From assembly GCA_011109175.1 (NCBI GenBank), contig RDEW01000013.1, forward strand, positions 1,195,096 through 1,259,095: 64,000 nucleotides of DNA. Reading direction: 5' to 3'. This stretch comes from Dicyema japonicum (Eukaryota; Animalia; Dicyemida). The notes below the pieces were generated by a model. The model worked only from the letters and a program-made list of their open reading frames with translations. It ran no database searches and was not told where the DNA came from. The position numbers and the translations under genes are program-made. Positions 39,066-52,929 of this stretch are shown here, piece after piece; position 1 is the first letter of the stretch; the number at the start of each line of letters is the position of its first letter.

Positions 39066-41159
39066 GGTTGTAGGAAAAAAAGTCAAGTGGAAAAAAGGTC
39101 AAGCGGAAAAAAAGTCAAGTCCGTAAGCGGAAAAAAGGTCAAGTTGTCTTTTTTAGTTTATATCGCATTTTTGTGATACTACTAGCATCTTTTAATTTTT
39201 AAAAATTTTTTCAATACTTGACTTTTTTTTTCCATTTTTGAAAATTTTTCCCTTATAAATTTTCGAAATTTAGCGCAAAACGGAAAAAAAGTCAAGTCCG
39301 TTAACGAAATTACGGACTTGACTTTTTTTCCGTTTATAAATTAAGATTTTTATTCATGATCGTTTCATTTTAAAGTAAGCGAGTTTAGAATAACAAATTA
39401 TTTAAATAGTTAATTTTGGCTAATGTTAATGAATTAAAATGTCCCGCCACAACTAAAACTACACGTGGTGGAAATAAATTCTAAAAATAAAACAGATTTT
39501 TTCTACTTTTAAAATTTTTTAAAATGTTATAAACATATGATTTTTATTTAACGTGAATCAAGGGATTATTTAATGTGAATCAAAAGAATATTTAATATTC
39601 CATGCAATTGCTTTTAGGGCTTCTCCTACTGTTTTTTTCCGTCCTGGCGATCCAGACATATATTTAAAAGTTTTTTTGTCCATCAATCGTTTTTTTATTT
39701 GTTCTTGTTGAAATTCTTTTTCCAAAGGAATCCTGGTCAATAATAGTTTTCGTCATTTTTTCTTCTTTTTGGAATGACGATATAATATTCCATATCGATG
39801 GATGACGATATCCCGTCAAATTGTATAATTTATTGTTCCACCCTTCACAATAGTTATTTGTTCTTTGTTTATTATTGAGTGTAGCTTCATACACATTCCA
39901 TAAATTTGGAGGAAACAATGGAGCAATGTGCTGTATTCTATCAGCTAAGGGGTTTTCTTGATCATTTAAGCAACGATAATAACCGCGAACATATGTTCTA
40001 TCAAAATAATCTAATATATATTTTGGATCTGGAATATTTTCTGGCATATTATTCATTAGGAATTCTATTCCTTCTTCCATATCTTGAATGGGTAAAAACG
40101 CAAGAGCGTCTATCATTGCGCAAAAAATGTTAAAATTAATATTTTCTTTATATTGTTTTACTAGATGCAATTCTTGAATTTTTCTCCAGGTTGACTGTCT
40201 TAGATGATAATAACATCCTCTAATATGTATTCGTCTCCCAAATACTGCAAGGACAGCTCGAAATATCGAATCTTCAAAGTCTGCCATAATAGTTTCAAGA
40301 CGAAATGGAATATCTCAGAGATCGAAAATATTTTTTGGAATATGTAGAGACAAGCGTTGATTCCTTAGTGTTCGCTTGAAAGAATCTGCAGAAGGGAGAA
40401 TAATTCTGGTTGCTGTTTCACATTGAGACACAACCTTTGAATAGATTTGTAAGGGATTTTTTTGACTCGTTTTAGCAATAAGTTTTGCTTCGTTGCACAA
40501 TTTCATCAGTTTTATTTGACTTTCGTCAAATTCGTGATTGTGAGAAATTCCTTCTTTGGGAAATTCAACTTAAAATCCGTATATTGATTAAGTCAAAAAG
40601 ATTAAACCAAAGCGAAAAAAGTCAAGGTCAAAAAGATTAAACCAAAGCGAAAAAAGTCAAGTCAATTTTATTATATTAGGAATCCTTGGCCCCCAAGCAG
40701 ATGAGTTGGTTCGTAAGATCGGCTCCATGATTCAAGCTGTGACCAAGATCTGCGAGAGACTAGTTGGTTCCGAGAACGTATCTCGTTGGCTATTGTTAGG
40801 GGAAATAGCATGGCCATTCAGATGCCTTAATTTAATTTTTATTCATTTGATAATTAAAAAAAATTTTATTATTACCTTGAAATTCTTAAATTGATTTAGT
40901 CAAAGCGATTATACCAAAGCGGAAAAAAAGTCAAGTCCGTGATTTCGTTAGCGGACTTGACTTTTTTTCCATTTTGCGCTAAATTTCGAAAATTTATAAG
41001 GGAAAAATTTTCAAAAATAGAAAAAAAGTCAAGCGGAAAAAAGTCAAGTATTGAAAAAATTTTTAAAAATTAAAAGATGCTAGTAGTATCAAAAAAATGC
41101 GATATAAACTAAAAAAAGACGACTTGACCTTTTTTCCGCTTGACTTTTTTCCGCACTCC
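39066..41159 (-). mobile_element. Mutator-like (MULE) DNA transposon, internally deleted, about 250-bp TIRs, 9-bp TSD
   Basis: Identical TSD aggagttac at 39057-39065 and 41160-41168. TIRs are rich in ggaaaaaaagtcaag repeats. Confidence 0.95.
39664..40506 (-). pseudogene. MULE transposase fragments
   Basis: DFE...GCYYHLRQSTWRKIQ, YFDRTY, FPPNLWN and RTNNYCEGWN motifs. The catalytic N-terminal part is deleted between the two ORFs. Confidence 0.9.
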
Positions 41160-41615
41160 AGGAGTTACAGGCCACTAGCGATGATTGGTATGAAGGGAAA
41201 GAAACGTCCACAAAAATCCGAACTCCAATTCCTCCGAGTCTCACTGGCAGCGTGGCTTGATTCCATGAGTAATCCTCGAACCGGACGTTAAAGATACGTT
41301 TTGCTGTTGTACGGAAGATCTCGTTAATCTGTGCGAGTTGGTCACACTAGGTGAAATGAAACATGACAAAGCTTTTGAATACTTCTATTCTGAAAGTCAT
41401 CAATTGTAGATTTTGCATTTAGTGTAATTTATTTCCAGTCCAGCATCCAACAGTGCAAGAATTATCATTTCCAAATTCCGGAAAATAGTATCCGGGGGTC
41501 CTCCGAGGACCGCATCATCCAGATAAATTGAGGGGCAAGCGCGTAAGTTTGCTGATTTTTTCTATTGCAAGACATTTTCTAATTGTTTTTATTTTTTGAC
41601 AATTTATTTTTAATG

Positions 41616-41930
41616 TTAACCCCGGATACACCGAAAAAGAAGTTAAAGTAAACAACTAATTAAGTGTATCCAGTTTCCACTTCTACAGAAACAGACTCTA
41701 TCCGGAATCAGCACAAAAGGTAAGACGTCCATTACATGCAGTTGTGGAAACCCCTCCAGTGGAGTGGGGAAGAGCAAATGATCCTTTTTCGTGCCGGCCT
41801 GGCACTGGGCATCACCTAGACAAATGGATCACATGACGCCACTCTATTAGGAAGAGAAAGGATGGAACAGACAAGCAAGCAAAAAACTTCAACCAATTAA
41901 CCACGCAGCACCACATGGCGCCACGCGGCC
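41616..41930 (-). mobile_element. Subfamily A copy 2
   Basis: Reverse-complement match to 31273-31595. Confidence 0.75.
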
Positions 41931-42964
41931 ACAACACTTTTAGGATTAATAGTAAAGAACAGAAATTAGCATAATATTAGGAGATTTAATAATAAAACAT
42001 ATTCTGCATTTCTGATATGCACATTGGTCTCCTACAAGTTAGTGAGGCTGGGGTACTTAACTAACATTAAACAGATAATTTAAATGTCAAAAATTGACAT
42101 TTAAAAGTCGAGAGGTAACACTTATGTTACAATGACGGGACTATGTCGACAAACTTTTTCATCTCAATATCATTCAACCACAAGTCGATATATAACATTA
42201 ATCTTCCTTAATCTCATTAATGCCACAGTAATGACTATAAATGTCGCAACCTAGGTCAATGTTATGAATGATCTCGTCTTTGATACTATTCTTGAAATGT
42301 AATAATAATCGAATTGATCGACAAATTTTTTTGAATAAAAGAAATCAAGAGCCATCGTGTCATTTTAGGTTCGCCTACACAGTCTCGTTCCGTTCAATTA
42401 ACCTGATAAACTCTGATATGATCTGTTAATTAAAAGGAAAATCAATAAAGTCAAATTAACAAATCGTTCAAACAGCCAAGAGACAATGACCCACTCAATG
42501 GGCTGTCGAAACCACAACGACTAAGATAGTCGTCTAACCATACCATGATAGCGTTTTTGACCCTGACAGTAACACTTTATTATATTGCCTAAACTACAAC
42601 AGTAATTATCGTTACTATGGAAACACAGTCATTAAATAAAAGGATTTAAAACGGAATTTTAAACGGAATTATAAAAGGATTTTAAACGGAAAATGGAATT
42701 ATAATTAAATTAGTCATTCATTAAAGGACGAATAACGTATCTAGTTGTGACTCGATTTATTTATCTAAGATCACCTAGGGAGAAAGGTATCTAAGCCAAT
42801 TAGATAAGTGATCCCAGTTTCTACTAACTCAAGACTCAATCAATATATTTTTGAAAACAAGATTTCAACCAATTTATTTATTTAACAAAAAATATTTATG
42901 TAAAATAATTTAAATTTATTTAATATTTTTACAAATATAATTTGAATAAAATAAATTTAGTGCT

Positions 42965-44673
42965 ATGCGATGTTTTTTCCGTTTTCTATTTCTATTTCTC
43001 CTCCCAATTGCAAAAACCGGTACGAGTCATTTTTTCTAAGATTTATCATTCATTCTTTATTTTCTAGATTCTGTCGGCATATTCTCAAATGAGATAACCC
43101 CCCAGTCTAGACACGAAGACTCACAGAAACCACAAAACAAGACTTCTACAATAATTTTCTCAAAATTTACTACAAATTCAAATACCACGTTTTCGGCTTA
43201 TCAGAGTCACGCTACATTAAATTTGAGTCACGTTTCGACAAATAGGGTCTCAATTCAACGCAGTCCGGCTCAGTTATCAACTCTAAGAAACTCTACGCTT
43301 AGTACTTCCGAACATGAAAACTCCCCTAAACCAGCTGTGAGCAGTCTGAATAGGCACACTGAGTCATCTACTGTGGGTGTCTCTTCTGTGAAGTATTTGA
43401 ATATGCCCAATGGTGGATTATCAGACATAGCCAATACATCCACTAGGAAAATCAATAACAATCGATATCCAACTGTGAATATTTCTACTAGAACTGAGAA
43501 TATGGCTGATCACATTGTCAGTGAAACCATTACTAAGGCCACAACGATGACGCCTGAAATGATCATCAGAGATCCCACTGAGAGGATCACTAATAAATAT
43601 TCAGCGAATATTACATCCCCCAAGGATAGCGAAACCATGGATTTGTCTAGTACAGTAACACGTCAACCGAAAACCACTCAATCGTCATCCAAGAAGATCT
43701 CTTATGCTAAATCCGAAATTACTAAGGAACATACGACCCACACATTTCAACCAAATACAGAAGAGCCAAATGAAAGGATCCCCGACAGGAATTCTGAGTA
43801 TTCTATAAGCCCTGATAGGACAACGAATAAATCTACTAAGGTCGTTCTTCTACCGAAAACCAGAGATTCAAGTGAGGGGATTTTTATTAAAGGCCCAGGT
43901 GAAAGAAGAGGTAAAGCTACTGCAGTCACATCTCGACCAAAGAACAGACACCCAACTGAAAAGATCTCTGATAGGACTCTTGAAAATTCTAAAACCATCG
44001 GTAGGACAACAGCTGTATCCACAACGCTGACTCATCTACCTAACACAGGTAATTTCTCAACGGAGAGGATTACTCAATCTAATTCGGACTTTAGTAAAGA
44101 TTTTGATGATACTACAAATAAATCTACTGCGACTGGTCATCGATCCACTATTCCACATATTCATAACAAGAATACGAAATATATTGCTGATACGACAAAC
44201 AGGACAATTCCACATGCAAAAAATACTACATCCTCTAAATCACCAGTTGAACAGATTTCTTCTACTACAAAGAAGCTGATAAATCAAGGAAATGAGAGTA
44301 CTCATAATAAAATCATTGGAATGAGCACCACAGGTAGTCTCAAGAATATCGAAAAATGGTCACAAAATTCAAACTCCACAACAGATGGCAGAATTTTGCC
44401 GCCAAAAGATTTAAAATTTAAATATGAACACGAGCTTTTTAGTGTGTCTAGTAAATACGTAATAATTGGTGCGTTTACATCAGTTTTAGTCGCCGTAGGT
44501 TTTCAGTTTTTTGATTTTTAGTAATGTTGTTTCTCTGCACATCCTTGTGGCGCAAAATATCAATAATTAGTCGTAAAGGACACTATAATCCTCGACAGGC
44601 TGAGTATGAAGCATCTGCTTTTGTGGATATTTGCACTACTACCATGCTTGCCAGACGAGAGCGACTTGTTTGA
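42965..44673 (+). CDS. Ser/Thr-rich mucin-like type I membrane glycoprotein, join(42965..43019,43068..44498,44522..44673)
   Basis: Signal peptide MRCFFRFLFLFLLPIAKT, then a 48-nt intron in frame with the 432-aa ORF. Removing a 23-nt intron completes the TM YVIIGAFTSVLVAVVMLFLCTSLW-RK and a 40-aa tail. Confidence 0.8.
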
Positions 44674-46539
44674 GTTTTATAGACAATCATTTTTTAAAAA
44701 TTATGCATTTTTTGATTTGTAACCCACGTGGTTATTATCCATTAGGATCTTACTAGTGATTGTCTTTGATTGAACTAACTCGTTTGTTTTTTCTTTTTTA
44801 AACAGATTAATTGACTATCATGACAACTACTGAAGTCTAGACGGACTCTATGTGATCGATAGTTTTCAGTGAAATACCTCAATTGCTGAATCTCTACTAA
44901 GATATATTAGTGCAATGTTAAGTATACTTAACGCTACAAAGATGTACCTGATTACGCCTAAGTGTAATTCGAAGGTATATATTTGACGATGATGATCCTC
45001 ACGACGCAGATTTTGGAATTGAACTGCTTTGAAATTATAATTTTAATAAGTGATCTTGTAGAATCTATTCTGTCAACAGGTTATATTGTCCACTTATTAA
45101 CAACTTTCACTCCTTTTATATGGAGATATTTTCATTGACAGTAAAAAGACGCAGTCGAATTATATGATCGATAATCTCTAATGAAATTTTTTAGTCGATA
45201 AATTTCTTGAATTTCTAGCCAACTTTTTTGACGGCAAATGGAAGTATTTGAAGTAATATATTTCACGATATTAATCATTACAACTACTTTATGTGAAGAC
45301 TTAACAAATCGATTTCGGAATTCAAAGTCATAACCGTGAAGAGTCCCTGTCAAGAGACAATCAACTACTTATCAACGACTCATTTAATATACGTTACATG
45401 GAGATTTCACTTTTTTTCTTTAACGAGAGTGAGGCAGACCAATAGGGCTGTCCAGGAAGGATAATCTTCATGGATTGGAAAGAATAGTGAGTCCTCATTG
45501 ATTGTGAGGTAGAATCCACAACTAACCCCTATCTACTAGAAGTGGTATTTGCTATTAAAGAGTAAATCATAACAGGTCAAAACTGGTACTTTTCTGTCAT
45601 CCGCCAATATGAAAGTCAATATTCAACGAGTTTTTCTGCGAACAAAAGTGGATACATTTTGTAGACAACGGAGTCCCCCTAAGAGAAATTGAAAAATTTC
45701 GTACCATGGTATCGAGAGTAGAAGCAATTTCATGATCGGATTCAACAAGTTCATTAGTCATGTCGAGATTTTCATGTGTGTTTCCTGCAAAGAGAAAACT
45801 GATTATGACTATAATTGACAGACTAATTCTCTCTCCTTACTGAGTCATGCCGGCGCTTGTTGGCTGGCTGTTAAGTCAACTCATAAGTTGGGAAGACTCG
45901 TGTTGGATTGGGAGGACTCCATTAAATTTGACAACTTTTTAAACTACCGTTGAATAATTAGTCAAATGAATCCCACTAGTCCGCTGTTAATATAAACAGT
46001 CGTCTTTTGGTAATGTGGTTACGTGCCTAGTTTCTGATTAGCCAACAATCAGTGAAGATGCCTAAAATAAATAGTTACAAGAGGATGCTGACATCTAAAA
46101 TTGGCTCTTACTGCAAATGCGGGGATATAAGTATTAGGCTGACGTGAAACTGGTTTTTGGAATCATAGTGTAGTGAATGAAATAAAAAATTCCAAAGACC
46201 ACGGTAACACGGAACTATCAACGTGACCTCGCACGATCCAACTTGACACAATGTTTTTCCCTCGATCCCACGCAAGTGCGTATCGGCCATATAACTGGAT
46301 ACTCGTAGTCACAACGACACGTTCCTCAGTTCTTACGTATAGGGACTACAGAGGCATTGAAGACTTGGACTTTCCAGAAGTTTATCTTTTCGTATTTTAA
46401 AATTTATATTAAATATATAAATTTATTTATTAAATAAATAAATGAATAAACGACATAATCATGTTGTTTTGCTTATCTTATTGTTTATGAATTAACAGAA
46501 ATTGCTAGAAGGGACAATGACTATGAAGTCGCCCCTCAA

Positions 46540-47215
46540 ATGTTCCAAAGAATGCTCAATTCCTTAATCTACTGGTTAGAAGGACTACGCAAGAAGATGT
46601 CACCCATAAAATCAATTGTCGCCTCTTCATCACGTACAGACAACATTACTCATGGAGGCCTAAGACCACGATTAACGATGTTACAATCTCTTTTACGGCC
46701 GCTTTAATCATCCTGGGAATGAAGTTTGATCAATAACTTAGATTCGCATGACATATTGAGATTCGCATGACTGTTGATCTTGAAATGATCTCAAAACCCA
46801 TCAGAAGGAACGCTGAGTTCCCTTTCCGCTGTGTATCAATAATTTGTACAAGCAGCTTAACCTACGCAAGTGAATCGTGGTCGATGGTCATTTTCCACTC
46901 CTCTCTTCTGAAACTGTCCGCAATCCTGAAATCCGTCAAAAGATTTTTCGGTTGAAGCTTTTTGTCTTCTCTATAAACAATTTTTAGTGGACTACTTCGC
47001 AAGTTTGTAATGGGGATCTACTCTGCCTAGAAGCTCCCTCATGAAGCAATGAGCAAATACCTAAAAAACCGTCCTAGATACGAGATAATCATATATATTT
47101 TCTGGAGAGCAGCTCGTCCACATCAGATAGGACCTCTCCTGTGTCGGTGTGAGTTGAGTTAGTTAGGAACTTTTTCTTTTCTTTTAACCCGGTGCCCTCG
47201 GGTAATAATAATAAC
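46540..47215 (+). mobile_element. Decayed LINE 3' half with (TAA)n tail (3' end duplicated at 54930-55125)
   Basis: LDSHDI..., LTYASESW remnants, and ggtaataataataac at about 47200. Confidence 0.6.
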
Positions 47216-50200
47216 AGAAAGAAATAATTTATTCATTATTGATTTAAATTTAATGCTGTCAGTTGTAAACTACATAAAACCGTCCTACTCTTTTGCTTAA
47301 GAATGAAATAAAAGGAGGGTTTTCCGAATCATTCAATGATTTAGCTGAAGCGAAAAATCTTCAAACGGACGACTATTTCAGTGTAAACTGATCAACAAAA
47401 CAAAAAATTCTTAATCCTTTTTCAAGAAGGTAAACTGCAAATATTTGGAAATAAAATCCTAACCCGTATTAGAAGACAAACTGGTAGGCTAACACAAGTT
47501 GGAAATATAAAAACTTCAACCCACGTGATAACTCAAATACCAGATTCTCAAAACTTAGAACAACTTCAATATCAAAGAGTCTATAAAACGCGTTTAACGT
47601 ATTTTATATTACAAGTATCATCTTTTATTCACAAGCCAAAATCACGGTGCATTATCCAGCACTTAACACAGAGTCTTGAGTGTTCGGTAATTTTAGAACA
47701 TTACTAAGGTTTCCCCTAAACCGATTGGCAAGGACAATGATATCAGTCACTCAAAAAACTTGGATCAGTCAGAATGGAAGCCAGATATTTGGCCTTCTAA
47801 TGACAAGGTTACCAAGCTACCTGGTTTTGGTTCTCATGGTCTGACTGAACTGTATTATATCGATCAAAGATTAAGTTCCTAATGGGTAAATCTAGCAAAA
47901 AAGTTGATTAGAATTAAAATGGAATAAATATAAATAAGGTCAATAAAGTCAATTTTTAGGAAAAGTCTCAATTATGGATAAAAGCATTAACACCTAAAGA
48001 GTACCCCTCATGACAGCGAGACCAATGTTCTAGAAAATCCACCGTGTCATTCTAAGCTCTCTCTTCCTACAATCCACGGCTTCCGAAAATAAATAACTAG
48101 ACTCATTAATTATTTTAAACAGAAAAAACTAATAACTTGTTATTTTAAATAAAATCAGATTAAAAGACGGAAAATATATTTAAAAAATGTGGTGATTCAA
48201 GTTTACTAGTAAAAACGAATCAGAAGGTTGAAAATCTAAATCAAGTCAACCGTAGCATTATCTACTAAGGTTTAGCAAATTTTATTTTTACTGCTTGTCT
48301 CAAATAATAATCAACTTTTCTTAATTATTGAGGAATTCTTAAATCAATTGATTTAGGATAAAATATAGAAAATGGGTCAAATATGCAATTTAAGTAAAAA
48401 ATAATTTTATTTCTAAATAAACTGAAATGAAAAGATAGAAAAAAGTAGAAATCAACATGAAATTTCGTTGCAATCATAATTTTAAAATAATTCAGGTGAT
48501 AGGATATTTTAAGAAGGATTTTGCATAATGAATGAAAATAAATAAGAATTCATAAGAAAAATATCAATTTAATTCCAAATTTATACTGGTAATTTTTTTA
48601 TAATTTTTTTCTTATATTTTTTAACTATACCAGATATATCTGAAAATGTTATATCCAATTCTCAGATCGGTGTGAGACGTATCTTTTCTTAGCATCACGT
48701 TTTTGAGTATCCGCCATTGAGAACCTTTTACTGAATTAAGGAAGAGGAGGATTATTTTTGACGCCAGCAAGACATTAGAAATATCCTAAGTTTGAAAATT
48801 TAATTACTTTCATAGGAATACAATAAAGCAAGAAGTATGAAAGAAATTCTTCGAACAAGTAGGTACCGATATGAGAATCGAGACCTCAGCTAAATGCGAC
48901 TGAAAAAGCTCGTGAGACTGAAACTTTCAATGACTATAGATGATTGAGAATTAAACGAACAATTGATAAGATCTATAAAAATCTGAGAGAACGAAATTAA
49001 GACTAAATAATAATACTGCACTTTACGAAGAGCCATATTATGTATATCTCCTTCCAGGCAAGGCACACACTTTATTTTAAGTAAATAATTGTTATCATAA
49101 CTAATCGATGCGAGTAAGACTAAAAAAAAGAGTAGGACTAAACAATTCCCATTAACCCAATAAATAGTCCAATTGTAACTAATGACTATCTAGATGTCCT
49201 GGTAATCGTTGAGTAGCTTTTTCTGATCCATAAATTCCTATAAATAAATAATTTGATCAAACATTGTCGTATAATTCGGTATTTCTCGATTTATCTAAAA
49301 CTTTTACCAAAGCAATTAACCCTTCTAAGAAATTTAACCGAAAAAATCACAGTCGATATTACGATCAAGAATGAGAAAATCGAAATGGATGCAACAATTA
49401 TAGCCATTCTTTTATTATCAATCTACTAATGAGTAGCATTTATTACCCAGTTATGAACTTTATCAGCAAAGTAGACTAAATCTCACAAAACTAGAAACCT
49501 TTCTGATGATGAATCGAATTAGCTTTCTGCTTTGCTTTATCCACATAGATGTGGTAAAGAATCTTGTTGTATTTTCGTAATGAATCTTTTATAATATTAA
49601 TGAATCTTTATACTAGGATGATCATTTTTATTTAGGTCACTGTGCTCATTTCTTTCATGATAGTTAATATTTTCGGACAACTGATGTTTTTGATCTGAGT
49701 CTTCGTTTCTATGATAATTCCTGTGATTTTCACGGGGATAAAATGCTTTATAATCTTCTTCTTATTGTATTCTTGGGGATAAAAAATCATTTTTAGTACG
49801 TTTGGCCTCATGGTTTTCATGAGGATGAATGTGATCTATATTGTGGTTTTTCTCATGGCTGTTGCGAGAATAAAAACGATTTATAAATTTATCTATACTA
49901 CGAATTTCTTCACTAGTAGAATCTAGAATTAGATTGAACTTCAACCCATAGATAATTCATTTTCATAATCTGACGGTTTCACAATGCTTTTCGAAATTTT
50001 CTCTGAGTTCTGGGATACTTTAGTCGCTTCTTCGTTCGATTGATCCTGACTTTTTGCTGATGTTGTTGTTTTTTCTTCAGTCGATTCTTCGTTCGATTGA
50101 TCCTGACTTTTCGCTTGTGTTGTTGTTTTTTTTTCAGTTGCTACTACTCTGATTGGGGCCGTTGTGGTTTTTTCTAATAGTTTGTATAGAATTAAGAATA

Positions 50201-51250
50201 TTTGTTGAATTAAAATAATCTAACCTTTCCGATGAAATCCAAACTTACTAAATATTTTCGCTTAAATAAATTTTAAAAAATAATACAAATTAGATCTTTA
50301 ATTTTGAAACTTTGACTATTCTGAAAGAGTAGTAATAGACTCAATATTATCATCTAAAAAGTTGACTTAACAGTAAACCATTCTATCTGTGTCTCTTTAA
50401 ATAATATGCTTTATTTATTAAAATATTGGTTCTCCACTGTAAAATTTATCATTATTCATTAAATAATTCAAATAATAATAAAATACCTTTTTAGATTAGT
50501 TTTCGTAAATAAAAAAAAAGTTTTCGTTATATTATTTTAAATGCAAACGATGTCATCATTCCTTTAGGAACAGTTCCCTCTATGGCGACTACACTAGTTC
50601 AGACATACCTTGATCGTATGATGAATTGGCTAAAATTCAATAAACTGTCTGTGTCATCATTAAAATCTAGTTTCACCTGTTCACGTCTTATAGTCGGTAC
50701 AAAAAGTACCTGAAGTCTTGTCAATTAGTTCAGCATGCTGCCAGACGCAAAACCACATGGGCTTGCTACAGAAACAAAAAAATAAAATAAATATTTTAAA
50801 CTAATCGATTACATACTGTGTAATTGGACACTCAAATGACGACTAGTGGACACCCATCTCATGGAGTTACATACGCAAACAACAGTGAATAGATCATAGT
50901 CACCTAGCTAAGACTCCGAAAGGTTTATAAAATAACTTATGTGAACTGTGATAAACTCGGGAAAAAACATTATATTACTGCAAAAATCTCTGCAATTTCT
51001 GCAGAGTCCGGGATTTTTAAAATAATCCGAAGGGCACAAAGTACGGGTGACAATACTCCAATCTTTTCGACATGTTCTTAAGGTGTTTTCAAATGTTCAG
51101 TCTGATATGGTTTACCATTTTAGACATCATTTACCATTTATTACGCCTCTCACTGTTTTGGATCACGAGACCTTTTTAATCTCTCGATGGAGTGTATTTA
51201 TTCTGCATTTGAGGAGACCTCAGCTCGCCTTAATTCATAGCCTTAATTAA
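46990..51250 (+). repeat. Segmental duplication 2, copy A
   Basis: Collinear with 54930-59400; visibly more diverged than duplication 1. Confidence 0.85.
49179..50353 (-). pseudogene. Single-pass membrane protein with Thr/Glu-rich and His-rich ectodomain, frameshifted copy
   Basis: MIILSLLLLFQNSQ signal, a 57-bp coding duplication (KTTTxAKSQDQSNEExT x2), TM IIVASISIFSFLIVISTVIFSV-KFLRR, and three 1-nt indels in A/T runs. Confidence 0.65.
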
Positions 51251-51619
51251 GTTCCAAATTGAGAGATATTAAATAAAAAAGTTCCAATCACCACTGTAAA
51301 ACCAAGTAGAATTTTCTCCTGGTGGAGTCCTGATCTTTTTCAAGTAAACTACATGCCTTTGTCACCGTCCAACGTGGAACTCCGTCAATTTTTTTGGCAT
51401 TTTTATAACATTTTTCCTGACTCTAATTATTTGATTTAGTCAAATATACCAATTTTTTTAAATCCATTTGATGTCTGGTCATAATTAATCCGGAAAAATA
51501 TTATATAACGATTAAATTTTACTGTTCTATTCAAAGGTAAGATGGCTTTCGAAAGGAAAAGCTCTAACAAGAGTTGTGGAGTTGTATGCAGCTATAATAT
51601 GTATTTTAATGACCATGGA

Positions 51620-51941
51620 AATAATAATAATAATAACAGCCTTTTCACGAGAGCAATAATATTTATAGCTCCGCATAGGCAGGACACACACTTTATTCAA
51701 GTAAAGAACAGTTAATTTTAACTAACCGTGGAACCAAGGAATGCTTTTTACTTCTTTTTTCTTTTTCTTGTGTGTGGGCCCTTTCTAGACAATCCAGTTC
51801 GCAGTGAGGATCCATGATGACGGCGTCACTCGTCAAACCCTTTTAGCATCGTAGATTCGTGGAACCTTCCACCAGGTGAACAGCAGCGAGAATCGAACCC
51901 GTAACCTAAGTCATTTTAGCTCGACACCTAACCACTATGCC
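51620..51941 (-). mobile_element. tRNA-derived SINE family C, full length, 12-bp TSD
   Basis: A and B boxes present. TSD aatgaccatgga at 51608-51619 and 51942-51953. Confidence 0.9.
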
Positions 51942-51954
51942 AATGACCATGGAT

Positions 51955-52560
51955 ATCAAAATTTATCCAAATTGCTCGAATCCCCTGATAACCATCTTGT
52001 GGTCGCTGACAGTCGTCGAGCCTTCATATGAACGTGCGTTTACTAGAAGGTGTTTGTCTTTAGCCCGGCATATGACATAATCTATTTGGTTGTATATTGG
52101 GACCAGCTTTCCCTCTGAGTTCCTTCGCTTCCCATCCACGTAGTTTTGTGGCAGGCAGGATGCGTAGATGCAGTATTGCATAGGAAAAGGTTGTTTGCCA
52201 TACAAAAGTGACCAAGTATTGTCCCGGGTAGGTTTCTTATTCCACGTCCATGTTCTCCCAAGAAAACGTCATCCGGGTTATTCTTCATCCCGATTTTTGC
52301 ATTCAAATCCCCAGCAATGAGTATTAGTGATGACGACTCATATTCGTTGTACGTTTGTAACAGTGTTGAATAGAAGTCGTCTAGTTCTGTCGGATCTTTC
52401 GCTACTCTCCCGCAGTGTGGCGCATAAACATTTACAATTGTCAGAAAGCTCTTCGAAGGAGGTAAGTCGTTTAGCCGGATTTGTATAACACAGATCCTGT
52501 CATTCACACTCCATATACGGTGGACTGCACTTGTCAACTTTGAGTATATGGCAAATCCAA
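51955..52560 (-). mobile_element. RTE APE endonuclease fragment (second subfamily)
   Basis: IVNVYAPH, IAGDLNAKIG, YNQIDYV and TVSDHKMV motifs. Confidence 0.85.
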
Positions 52561-52929
52561 TTTTTTGAAATAATTAATAAAATAAAGTTAAAAATAATTA
52601 ACCTTACGATTTATTTTTTATCTTTTTAACTTGATAATTTTTTCTTAAATATAGAACGTTTAAAAATAATGAAAAAAACAGAATTTGTTAAATTTTAATG
52701 TAAAATATGAAAATTTAACTTTATTAACTTTATCACCCCTAGCTATAACTTATACTCAAACATAAAACTTAAACCCTAACCATAAACCTTAGTCCTAACT
52801 TTAAACCTTCACTGTTGGATTGTGACGGGAATAAATATACTAAATTCATTTTAATTAATATTTATGTTTTCACATTTAATAATAATTTCTTCATTTTCAG
52901 CATCGATAGATCCCTCGTCGACATTATAA

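Larger units (their letters stand above)
38510..41350 (-). mobile_element. CRE-like RLE non-LTR retrotransposon remnant, interrupted by a MULE
   Basis: WNQATLPVRLGGIGVR (about 41210-41270) and RRDGKRPDG...LVWDVACTDTF...AAEKAEKMKRKKY (about 38850-39030). A second 3'-end copy lies at about 53575-53800 (+). Confidence 0.75.

Noticed and set aside
46108-46290. Gypsy aspartic protease fragment
   Set aside because: No catalytic D(S/T)G motif, LTR or other pol domain was seen.
52770-52810. Telomeric repeat
   Set aside because: Only one or two degenerate CCCTAA units, internal.
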